Assembly (NCBI GenBank): GCA_964016885.1
Contig: OZ024743.1
Span: 283,154,001-283,218,000, forward strand
DNA from: Eledone cirrhosa
Lineage: Eukaryota
Length of the DNA: 64,000 bases
Direction of reading: 5' to 3'
The notes under the pieces were generated by a model. The model saw only the letters and a list, made by a program, of their open reading frames with translations, was not told the origin of the DNA and did no database searches. Both the position numbers and the translations under genes were made by a program. This document shows positions 36,225-48,305 of the stretch, in pieces. Numbering within the stretch: the first letter of the stretch is position 1; every line of letters begins with the position of its first letter.

Positions 36225-39200
36225 TTCATACGCGTTTTGCTGCTACCACTATTGTTATGACTACCTCATACTACGCTCACTATATATATATCTGGTGTAT
36301 GGAATAGCAGACGATCATAAAGTTTATAATATTCCATCTCTCATTTATTTCAAAGATTTCTTTTCTCCGTGTCAGCTATATATATATATATATTTATTTT
36401 TTTGTTTTAACATATATTTATTTCTAAGATTTTACCGTAAAGATGACATATATTTATACATACATGACAGAAAGTGAATATGGGACACAGAAAACATTTC
36501 TCATCTAAATCCCAACGCATGGCAGCAGACGCACAACGACAAAGAGAGATGAGAGCAAATCAATCAAACAATAATCGCTCTACAACATCTCAACAAATTT
36601 CTACAAATATAATTCAGTTAACACACCAACAACAACAACTTACAACAAATACACCAAACATTCAGAGAGGAAGGAACAGGTCAATTGAAGGTCTGGCAAA
36701 GAATCCTACAGATGAACCTTTCCAAGAGCAAATTGTTCTTTCCATAATGCCACAACATAATGTGTATGTTTGTCCGCACTGCAAAGCTTATCGCTGGCCA
36801 CATGAACCCAAATCTGTGCTGCTTGCAGGGAAAAGTGAAACTCCTTCAACTTCCTCCTCCTCCTCCACCAAATATACTTAAATATTTCGATATCACTCAA
36901 GCAGGAAATTCTTTTCTCCATAAGATACGTGCATATAACAATGTGCTTGCCTTAACTTCAATTGGTTGCAAAGAGATTAAAGCACCAGGATTTAGTCCCA
37001 CATTTATGATCCAAGGTAGGATTTGTCATATTATTGGATCACTACTTCCAAGTGATGCTTCACCCAAGTTTGCGCAGCTTTACTTCTGTGATACAGATCA
37101 TGAACTTCAGAATCACTTGCATCATGCTAATTTAGATGCTGCTGTCCTGCAGGACCTGCAAGAAGACTTGCACTACTGCAACACCTATATAAGAAGCTTC
37201 AAGGCAGTCATTGAAATGCCAATCTCTGAAAATGTGAATATTGTCCTACATGCTGACAAAGTAAAGCCCACTGATTTTCATTGTCGCACATATAATCTTC
37301 CCTTGGCTTGGCATGAGATTGCTGTTATTCAACCTGATACAGCATTAAGTCTTTTGGATGTCATCATTCATAAAAGAGATGGTGGTCTTCAGAGGATTCA
37401 TCAGTTGCACCGTTCTTATGATCCGCTGCATTATGTGCTACTGTTTCTTTAGGGGAATGATGGGTTTCAGGTTGGTTTGAAAAGGATTGACAACTACACA
37501 CACACACACCCTCTGATTTCTACTGTTATCGGTTTCAGGTTAGGCAAGGTGACTAACATTATCATGAAGAACAGGTGGATGATGCAGATATGCTGTAGAT
37601 GCCCAGGCAAAAATAGAACATTGTTGCCTCAAATGGGCCCGCAACAATCAAACCATGATATGAGCTGAAAAGTATGAAGGTTTGTAAGATGCTGTGGCTG
37701 AAGGGATTTTATAAATGCAGACCGGAGAATTGTTCTTCCTCCTTCAATCTATGGTTCCCCTCGCTTCTACAGCAAGTGCTTTCAGGATTCGATGACTGTG
37801 GTTCGACACATGGGAAAGCCATCTTATTTCATCACGGTAACAACTAACCCTAACTGGGATGAAATAAAAAATAGTTTGCACCCTGGTGAAGAACCTAGAG
37901 ACCGTCCTGATATTTGTGCAAGAGTCTTCAAGATCAAGTATGACAGCCTCATGGATGACATACTGAAAAAAAATGTCCTAGGAAAAGTTGTGGCTCATTC
38001 TGCTACAATAGAGTGGCAGAAACGAGGCCTCACTCATGCTCATATTCTGCTGATAATGGCTGAAAATAGCAAGCCCAAAACTGCTGATGCCATTGATCAG
38101 GTAGTGTACTGTGAGATTCTTGATAAAGAGACCAATCCAATTCTGCATAAGATCATCACACACTGCAACATTCATGGCCCATGTGGACAAGCTAATATGA
38201 TGTGCTCATGCATGGAAGGGCTAGGACAACAAGGCTATTGCTAAAAAAGTTATCCCAAGGCATTCAGACAAACCACATTTGTTGCTGAAAATTCCTTTCC
38301 GGAGTATAGAAGAAGGGATAGACAGCATGGTGGTCACACCCATACAATCCAACTTAAAGGTCAAGAATTCACTGTTGATAATCGTTGGATTATTCCATAC
38401 AACCCTTTCCTCTCATTGAGATAGTGCCACATCAATTGTGAGGTTGTCCACTGTGTCACGGCTGTTATGTACTTATATAAGTACATAACAAAAGGATCAG
38501 ACAAGATCACTTTCACTATTAAGGATGATCAAGGAAATTATGTCCATGCCCAAAATGAGATTGAGACCTATATCAATGCACGGTACATCTCAGCCAGTGA
38601 AGCATTCTGGAGAATCTATAAATTTCCATTACATCATCGAAAATCGCCAGTTGAAAAGTTGCCTTGCCATTTACCTGGGGAACAGATGGTCGTGTATGAG
38701 CGAGGGCAGGAAGAAAGTGTTGTTTCTAGGGGACAGCCAATGACTAAGTTGACGGAATATTTTCAACTGAATATTAGAGACCCACTAGCACAAAACATAT
38801 TGAATATTGATATTCCTAAATATTTCACTTGGACAAACAAAAAGTGGCAAAGAAGAAAAAAGGGGACATCTGGATGGTGATCAACAATTAATGAGTGAAT
38901 CTGTTGGACACATTCCAACAGTATCTTTCAGTAGACATCAATCTGAATTATATTACCTCAGAATGATCCTACATCACAAGGCTGGGTCAACTTCATACAA
39001 AGATTTGAGGACAATTGAAGGAGTTGAATTTCCAACATTCTAAGAAGCATGCAGGAAACTTGGTCTGTTAGATGAAGATGGAGAAAAAGACAAAGCTATG
39101 GAAGAGGCCTCATCCTTTATGCTTGGTCCTCAGCTGTGAGAGATCTTCTGCACCATTTTATTGTACTGCATGCCAAATGACCCTTTGCAGTTCTGGGAGA

Positions 39201-41260
39201 AATGGAAAATTTGTCTTTCAGTGGATATCATGCATGAACGTCATGAGCACGTCATGTCCATGCAAACCATGCAGATTGTTCTACAGAAGATCAAACAAAG
39301 ACTTCAACATGATTGCTTGGACATTCATGCCAACTATGGACGTCCTCAACCAGACCCAACTAATATTGCCATACCAGAAATCAACAGGGTTCTTATGGCA
39401 GCAACTGATTTCAATACACACAACTGCAAGCAAACATAAATGAACTTCTGTCAACTGAATCCTGAGCAACTGGTTATTTTTCACAAAGTAATCACCTCTG
39501 TAAATGAAAATGAAGGCAGAATTTTCTGCTTGAAAGCAAGTGCAGGCACAGGAAATACCTATGTCATAAACATCCTATTGGATTACCTCTGATCTAAAAA
39601 AAAAATTGCACTTGCCACTGCCATATCTGGAATAGCAGCCACTTTGCTTCACAAAGGTAGAACTCTTCATTCCAAGTGCAAGATTCCTCTCAATGTGACT
39701 GCTGAATCAACTTGCTTCTTCACAAAGAGGGATGACACAGGTAAACTTATGCAGCAAGCTGACCTGCTAATCATTGATGAGATAGGTATGGGACATAAGC
39801 ATATCTTTGAATGCCTTGACAGGAGCTTTAAAGATGTTTGAGATTGCAAAAAGACATTTGGTGGTCTAACAGTATTACTATTAGACGCAAATTCTTCCAG
39901 TTGTACGTCATGGTGCTAGACCACAAGTAGTTGAGGCAACCATCAAGAGATCCTATCTCTGGAACTATGTGGAAACCATGAAGATGACAATCAATCAACG
40001 GTTAATTAATGCAGAGGACTCTGATGAAAGACAGTTTGCAAACTACCTTCTTGATGTGGGAAATGGTAACATTCCAACTGTTCCAACTGTAGGTGCATTC
40101 TCAATTCTTCTGCCAAATGAACTTTATCTGGAACATGGTAATGTGTCTGGACTGAGTGATTTTGTGTATACAAATCTTCCAGGAAACTACACAAACCCAC
40201 TATGGCTTTCAAATAAAGCCATTATCACTCCAACAAATGATGCAGCAAGATTGGTGAATGAGTTCCCTGGTCATGAAATAATCTACAGAAGCTCTGATAC
40301 AGTAGATAATGAACTGCAATATCCAATTGAGTTCATCAACAAACTTACCCCATCAGGCTTCCCAACACACATACTTAAACTAAAGAAAGGCAGTTGCATC
40401 ATGCTTCTGAGTAATCTGGATCCTCTAAACGGGCATTGCAATGGTACACACTACATCATCATCAGTTTACATAATCATGTAATTGAAGCTGAAGTGGCAT
40501 TGGGTCCCAATGTTGGAACAAGGCTGTTAATCCCAAGGATACCACATGTATCTCAAGAGCTTGAGTTCCCTTTCACCTTTACTCACAAGCAATTTCCTGT
40601 CAAACCAACCTTTGTCCTTACATGCAACAAGGCACAAGGGCAGACATTTGAAAAGATAGGTGTATATCTACCAACTCAATTCTTCTCACATGGTCAGATG
40701 TATGTTGCATTATCATGAGTTACAGAAAAAGAAAATATAAAAATATTAAATGAAAGGGGTCTGTTTGCTGACAACTGTGTCTACAGAGAAATTCTACAGT
40801 GATGTGAAACAGTTATCATTCTCTTTTAGTTGAAATGCATTTCAGTTTCTTTTTAACTGCTAGAAAAGAAACACTACAAAAATTTAAGAAGTCTATATGT
40901 GACTACAGTATAGTGAAGGTCAACTCTTCACATTGGTAACTGTAATTCATTCATTCATACCAGCAGCATCTATTTTCAAATTCACTGCTTGAAGCTTCCC
41001 ATCGATATTCTCAAGTGAAGATTCATGAACATTTTCTGTCAACAGTTTCATCGCTTTTCCATCTCCATTATCGCCTTTTTTTAAAAATGTATCATGGATT
41101 ACTTTACTGATTACAGAAGTAAGTGTAACTCAGTCTTTGTTCAGTTTATGTGCATATTGTCAATTTACATATCATATCTATGTGCATATATAATTGCATA
41201 TATCAATATGCACACTATATATGCTAGCAGAAAACCGCCCAAGGGCGGTTCTTCTGCTAG
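36025..41260 (+). mobile_element. Helitron 2 (near full-length, decayed)
   Basis: RepHel remnants; 3' hairpin aaccgccc-aa-gggcggtt then CTAG|T at 41257-41260; 5' boundary approximate. Confidence 0.85.
36474..40802 (+). pseudogene. Helitron Rep-helicase (RepHel) with many stops and frameshifts
   Basis: CPHCKA..CCLQGKV zinc motif, SYDPLHYVLLF, YFITVTTNPNW, EWQKRGLTHAH, YLYKYITKG, IIDEIGM, QFPVKPTFVLTCNKAQGQT, FSHGQMYVALS, NCVYREIL*. Confidence 0.93.
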
Positions 41261-41597
41261 TTGACTTTAATGGACATCGAGACAGACTAAAGTGGGCCTA
41301 CACAGATGCTCTCACACCAGAGCCTCATACTCTCCCCTCCTACAATGTGTCAATACAAACATCACCGAAAGCACCACAATTTCATACACACACTCCTTTA
41401 CCTTCAACATACGTCACGACAACTTGTAGTGGTCGACATGTTCATTGGCCCAAGAAACTTTGTAAAACAATTTACATATGAACTATTCTTTTTTTTTCTC
41501 TTTTTCTTCATTTTTGTATTTGCTTTGCTTGACTTATGTTACCTTTGCAGACATTTTCTCCTCATTTTTATCTCCCCATTTTTTAAGCAGAGGGTGA

Positions 41598-42086
41598 TAT
41601 AGTGGAACTACGTCATACCTTGCAATAGCAACATTTCATATGCAATTCGGTTAAACAGACCAATGGTAAATTGCGTATGAATACATTGTCACCTTCTCGT
41701 GAAAACCACTGTACACGAGAACAGAGAGATGAACCAGACAGGGAAGACGAAAAGACTTATTACAGGTTAACTCCTGCTATATTCCTTCCAGAACAGTTAT
41801 CGACAAACCATGTTCTACATTTCGTCAATTGTTCTTCTACGGCTTATTGAGATATTCTATTGTCTGTACGGAAAATCAACTTTCAACAATAAATTTATAT
41901 TTATAGAGGATTGAGCATTAAAGAGACATTTATTTATATCATGGAAGTCAGAAGCATGTCACTGCAAGTACGAAGCAACAAACTCATCGACTAAGGTATT
42001 TTTCTTATAATCGTTTGTAAAAACAAGATCCTTGGAAGATTTCAACTTGTAGTTGTAAAAAGATATAAGTAATATTTAACTCCTCA
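41598..42086 (+). repeat. Probable 3' LTR of the CsRN1-like element
   Basis: Follows the integrase tail and aagcagagggtga; starts tatagtgg (TG decayed); contains the 438-bp repeat; right end inferred at ctcctca. Confidence 0.65.
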
Positions 42087-42197
42087 TTCCATCCTATATA
42101 TATACATATATATATACGTAAACAAGAACGTTATTGCTCCAACCAGTCTATTCACCATCGATAACTGCCCTAAATATACACATACACATATATACAC

Positions 42198-42286
<89 letters not shown>

Positions 42287-42460
42287 GCAAACAAGCATGT
42301 GAGACTGTCTAACACAAATCTGACACACCCACAATAAACGCAGGCAATTATCGAATGCTCTATACGCAAATAATACACTTAGAAAACAAAGCCAACAGTG
42401 AACATAACATTGAGTGAACAAAATCAGACATACATATATATATATATGTGGGTGTGTGGG

Positions 42461-42731
42461 TGTGCTGAACAATGAAAACAAAAGACAAAGAATGGTGCTT
42501 AATCAGTTCAGTATTTTACAATCCTTTCAGAAGGTTGATTGATACTGATAAATCGATACAGTGACTAATTAATAGTAGTTATGCAACCCCATATTATTAG
42601 TCTCGTTACATAACTACTATCTATTAGTCACTGTATTGATTGACTATGATCAAACAACCTTCTGAAACGACCGTAAAACAATAAACTGATTAAATACCAT
42701 TCTTTGCCTTTTGTTTTCATTGTTCAACACA
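42461..42731. repeat. ~270-bp imperfect palindrome (fold-back element)
   Basis: gaacaatgaaaacaaaag..cagtgactaat..tagtagttatg mirrored by cataactacta..attagtcactg..cttttgttttcattgttc. Confidence 0.85.
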
Positions 42732-42804
42732 CAAACTAGTTTAGTTCGGATTTAGCTGCCAAACGGCCGGAGCTCAGCCGTTGGGGTCCTGACTCTTTTC
42801 CTAT

Positions 42805-43148
42805 ATCATCATCATCATCATCATTTCATTTTACGTCCGCTTTTCCCTGCTTGCAAGGGTGGATGGAAACTGATTTTGGCTTGATTTCTACAGCTGGATG
42901 CCCTTCCTAACACCAACCTCATTTACAGTGAGTGCTGGGTGCTTTTTTGCATGGCACCTCCACGACCACTTTGCAGTGGAATGATATGGACCCCAGTCCC
43001 TATCATCTCATTTCTACAGCTGAGTAAACTGGAGCAATGTGAAATAAAGTGTCTTGCTCAAGGAAACAACACATCACCCGGTCTGAGAATTGAACTCAAC
43101 CTTTCGATTGCAAGGCCAATGCTCTAACCACTAAGCCATGTGCCTCCA
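42805..43148 (-). mobile_element. tRNA/CORE-type SINE with RTE 3' tail
   Basis: Minus strand: A box tggcttagtgg, CORE-like ccttgagcaagacacttta, tail cttgcaagcagggaaaagcggacgtaaaatg + (GAT)n. Confidence 0.85.
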
Positions 43149-43529
43149 TATGTATGTATATATATATATTGTTATACTTTGGGAGCGTCATGCTGCCAAT
43201 AAAAACACACGCACATGTTGATTTACACTTCAATTTATTATAAATTACCAGTTGGTTGGTTGGTTTGATAATCGGATGGTTGTTTATATATTGTCAAAGT
43301 TCTTTCGTCACACATTTTGTGACCTCCTCAGTGACTAGGTTTTTATTTTATGCCTCTCCTTTGTTCAGTCCCACACCATATTGTTTTTGTGTGTTGTTTC
43401 AATTATATATATATATAATTGAAAATGAACAAACAAAACGCCAGAGGCAATTGTACACAGTCTATTAGGTTTGTTTATGTCATAGAGAGTGGATTGGTAA
43501 AATCATTAGAGTATAGGACTAAATACTTT

Positions 43530-43737
43530 GTAACATTAGCAGAATTGTTAGAACGTCAGAGAAAATTATTTGCAGCATTTAGTTACAGCTCATTATGTTC
43601 CATGTTCAAATCCCACGAAGGTCAACTTGGGATAAGTGAGCAATAAAATAAAGTACCAGGCAAGCTTAATCCACTTTCCCCTCCCCTCCACTGAAAATTA
43701 CAGGCCTTGTGTTTAAATTAGAAACAATTATTTATTA
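43530..43737 (+). mobile_element. Diverged tRNA-derived SINE
   Basis: gttcaaatccc, aaaataaagtaccag, ggccttgtg..tagaaacaattatt. Confidence 0.65.
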
Positions 43738-43896
43738 TGGTGTAAAATCTTTATGATACCATAGCTTGCTGTTAATGTTTGTTGTTTTTTGTTCTTTTTC
43801 TTCCAGTTTAAATTCCACCAGGTATAACCTTGCTACTCACATTTCTAGTGTTTGAGACATAAGTAGCTAAGTCAACATCTGCTAGAATTTAAACAC

Positions 43897-43974
<78 letters not shown>

Positions 43975-43975
<1 letters not shown>

Positions 43976-46575
43976 AGAAATAAATTTAAAAGCATATTAC
44001 TTGATGCTTTCGAGCATTTAGAGTCGTACAATATAGAGGAACAGTGGGAATTTCTGAAAGCAAACCTGCTGATGGCGGCAGACGAAGTCTGTGGCTGGAG
44101 CAGGCCTATAGGCAGGAGGAGAGTAACATGGTGGTGGAACAGTAAGGTGGGGGAGTCAATTAAGGCCAAAAAGCAGGCTTGGAAAGTATGGCGGGATGGA
44201 GGAAGTAGAGAAGACTATCAAGTGGCCAGGAGGGAAGCTAGGAGACAAGTGTACTTCGCAAGAAGGGAAGCAGAGGAAAGAAAGTTCAAGCATGTTCTAC
44301 AACGCGAGGACCAAAAACGTGAGGTGTTCAGGATTGCTAGGCAATGTGTCAAGGAAAACAGTGATATTGTCGGGGAGAAGTGTGTACTTAATGATGATTG
44401 TGTACTTGCCATCACTGACGCTGATAAGAAGGTAGCTTGGAAGTGTCACTACGAAATCTACTAAATGAGGAGAATAAATGGGAGAAAGACAGTCTCCCCC
44501 ACACCGACCCAATAGAGGGACCAGCAGTGTTAGTCGAAGGTAGTATAATAAGTAAGGCAATCAAAGATATGAAGACGGGTAAGGCGGCTGGGCCTTCGGA
44601 AATAGTTGCTGAAATGCTGAAAGCTTCTGGAACGGTGGGACACACCATGGTCACCCGGATAGTAAACCAAGTCATACAGAATGGGGTTGTTCCGAAGGAC
44701 TGGCGTAGCAGCATCATCATTAACTGCTACAAGGGTAAAGGAGATGCCCTAGATAGGAGTAACTATAGAGGCATTAAATTAATCGACCAGGTCATGAAGG
44801 TCACAGAAAAAGTAATAGCGCAACTAATCAGAGAGAGAATTGATCTAGATGAAATGCAGTTCGGGTTTGTGTCAGGCAAAAGTACCACAGACACTCTTTT
44901 CATTGTACGACAACTACAGGAGAAGTACCTAGCTAAAAGTAAACCCCTCTACTTAGCTTTTGTCGACTTGGTGAAAGCCTTCGACAGAGTCCCCCGTTCC
45001 ATTATCTGGTGGGCTCTTAGAAAACTAGGTGTTGATGAATGGCTTGTGAGAGCTATACAAGCCATGTATAAAGAAACAGTCAGCAAGGTTAGAATTAACA
45101 ACGAATATAGTGAAGAGTTTAGCGTAAAAGTTGCTGTTCATCAGGGCTCCGTTCTTATCCCCCTACTATTTATTATTGCCCTTCAGGCTATAACAGTGGA
45201 GTTCAAGACCGGCTGCCCATGGGAACTCCTATACGCAGATGATCTAACGCTCATAGCTGAATCAATGGCCGAACTAGAGAAAAAATTCCAAACTTGGAAG
45301 CATGGCCTAGAATCATAAGGCCTTAAAATTAACCTGTCTAAGACTAAAGTTCTAGTTTGTAGGAAGGAAAATAGGGCGCCGGTCCCATCCGGGAAATAGT
45401 CATGCTCAGTGTGTAGGAAAGGAGTAGGTAGAAACTCCATTTTATGTCCCAAATGCAAAGTATGGGTGCATAAAAGATGTAGTGGGATCACAGGTAAGCT
45501 AACTAAGAACATAGATTTTATATGTGGCCGGTGCTCTGGTGCAATAAGTAGCAGCAAGTGCCCACAAAATACTAGCTCATTCCATTGCACAGATGGTTCT
45601 ATAGAAATAGTGGACAACTTCCGTTACCTGGGTAACAAAATCAGCAGTGGGGGAGGGTGCTCTGAAAGTACAGTAGCTAGAGTCAGAACCGGATGGAAAA
45701 AGTTCAGAGAGCTTATACCACTATTAGCCACTAAAGGGTTCTCCCTAAAAATGAAAGGCAGGCTGTATGATGCCTGCATACAAACAGCAATGTTGCATGG
45801 CAGTGAGACCTGGGCATTATGTGCAGAGGATATACGCAGACTGGAGAGGAACGAAGCTTGCATGCTCCGCTGGATGTGTAATAGTAATATAAGTGAACGG
45901 CAAAGCATAAACGAACTAAGGGAAAAATTAGAAATAAGAGGGATCAGATGTTGTTTACTCGAGAGAAGGCTACGTTGGTATGGTCACGTGATGCGCATGA
46001 AAGACGACAGCTGTATAAAAAAGTGCAGGGGGATAAAAATAGACGGTAGCCACGGAGTAGGCAGACCCAGAAAAACCTGGGACGACTTGATAAATTCCGA
46101 CCTCACACACTTACACCTCTCCAAGACAATGTCACTGGACCGAGATCTTTGGCGCTACACAGTAATAGAGAAGACCCGCCTTACCTAAGTACAAAGTGAA
46201 ACCTATTACAGTCAGTAGGCACCTCTAACAAAATACACCCCCGTCCCACTACCCCCCACCCCATCCACACCACCCTTTTCAATGTAAAGTTATGTTGGTA
46301 CCACAATATCCAGCCCGAAACAAATGAGGTCGTGTAGGTGCCACGACAAAAACACACAGTCCACGCTGTAATGTGGCCGTGTAGGTAACACGGTAAAAAC
46401 CACCCAGTTCCACACTGTAAATGTGGTTGGTGTTAGGAAGGGCATCCAGCCGTAGAAAACCGGCCAGACAGTCCTATGCGAGCAAGACAACCACTCTTGC
46501 CTCAAGTGGGAAAACTCCCGTCCAAACCCATGCAAGCATGGAATATGGACGTTAAACGATGATGATGATGATGAT
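43975..46575 (+). mobile_element. RTE LINE family B, 5'-truncated, with stops and a frameshift
   Basis: ORFs 44072-44464, 44437-45318 (QFGF, HQGS, YADD) and 45409-46188 (RLRWYGHV, GRPRKTW); 3' UTR and (GAT)n tail; flanked by (TA)n. Confidence 0.93.
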
Positions 46576-46592
46576 ATATATATATATATATA

Positions 46593-47613
46593 TATATTAG
46601 AAAGATCGAGTATCGAAAAATCGGCGCACGAGTTCACGATAAACGAAATTCGATATGAGCGGCAGAGGGCTCAATAATTCAGATGAATCAGAGCTATAAC
46701 TATCGTTAAAATACCGTCACATATAGAACAAGTCTACAATCAACCATACGATTTAAAATCGATAAAGGAAGATTCGGGCCAAACAGATAAAAAATATCAA
46801 TAAAACAATACGTCAATAATTTAAATGAATGTAAAATCATACCCGGACCCACTAGAAAGGTGTTAAATCTAGCTTCATGGGTTTCTGTAAATCCTTAGAC
46901 TGTACTCTATCAGCTCACATATAAATATAAAAGCCTACTAGAATAAGTGGAACGGAGTTTACGTTATCAACGAGTTTTTTCCTGGCGGCAGAGGAGTCAA
47001 CTAGCGGTGAAAAACGCACATGGCATTAGACAAGGGAGATGACCCCTATATCCGCGAAAACAATTCGAGTGAATGTGGAAATACACATATCGAATTAGAG
47101 TGCTCAATAGACATGTTAAAATAAAACAAAAGCTATTCATCACTCAATAGAATCGACAAAAAATGAGCAATAAAATTAACTGGTGGATAGCTATGTCCAG
47201 AGCTAAATATATTAGAAAGATCGAGTATCGAAAAATCGGCGCACGAGTTCACGATAAACGAAATTCGATATGAGCGGCAGAGGGCTCAATAATTCAGATG
47301 AATCAGAGCTATAACTATCGTTAAAATACCGTCACATATAGAACAAGTCTACAATCAACCATACGATTTAAAATCGATAAAGGAAGATTCGGGCCAAACA
47401 GATAAAAAATATCAATAAAACAATACGTCAATAATTTAAATGAATGTAAAATCATACCCGGACCCACTAGAAAGGTGTTAAATCTAGCTTCATGGGTTTC
47501 TGTAAATCCTTAGACTGTACTCTATCAGCTCACATATAAATATAAAAGCCTACTAGAATAAGTGGAACGGAGTTTACGTTATCAACGAGTTTTTTCCTGG
47601 CGGCAGAGGAGTC

Positions 47614-47618
<5 letters not shown>
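46593..47618. repeat. Direct repeat of ~411 bp (period 615 bp) with ~204-bp spacer, between (TA)n tracts
   Basis: 46593-47003 and 47208-47618 appear identical by eye. Confidence 0.9.
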
Positions 47619-47699
<81 letters not shown>

Positions 47700-47839
47700 C
47701 AAGGCTCTGATACCATCAACACTAAAAACACAGAGCTGGCATATCTAAGAACTGACTAACTGCCATTCAATGGCTATCATCAAAATATATATACCAGTAA
47801 ATAAAGGATTATGAGTTCATGCAATTGACTTATGTTTCG

Positions 47840-47871
<32 letters not shown>

Positions 47872-47874
<3 letters not shown>

Positions 47875-48209
47875 TCATCATCATCATTTCATTTTACGTC
47901 CGCTTTTCCCTGCTTGCAAGGGTGGGACGGGAACTGATTCTGGCTTGATTTCTACAGCTGGATGCCCTTCCTAACACCAACCTCATTTACAGTGAGTGCT
48001 GGGTGCTTTTTTGCCGTGGCACCTCCACGACCACTTTGCAGTGGAATGATAGGGACCTCACTCCCTATCATCTCATTTCTACAGCTGAGTAAACTGGAGC
48101 AATGTGAAATAAAGTGTCTTGCTCAAGGAAACAACACATCACCCGGTCAGAGAATTGAAATCACAACCTTTCGATTGCAAGGCCAATGCTCTAACCACTA
48201 AGCCATGTG

Positions 48210-48212
<3 letters not shown>
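47872..48212 (-). mobile_element. tRNA/CORE-type SINE with RTE 3' tail
   Basis: Same family as 42805-43148; tail cccgtcccacccttgcaagcagggaaaagcggacgtaaaatga is identical to the end of the intact LINE. Confidence 0.88.
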
Positions 48213-48302
<90 letters not shown>

Positions 48303-48305
48303 TTT

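Larger units (their letters stand above)
33345..42086 (+). mobile_element. CsRN1-like Gypsy LTR retrotransposon, deleted and invaded by SINEs and a Helitron
   Basis: 438-bp direct repeats 33345-33782 and 41612-42049 (about 7 mismatches by eye); gag CWYHRRFG..AHKC..PC; protease LIDMGA; RT; integrase tail DRLKWAY..SGRHVHWP at 41261-41480; purine tract before 41598. Confidence 0.85.
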
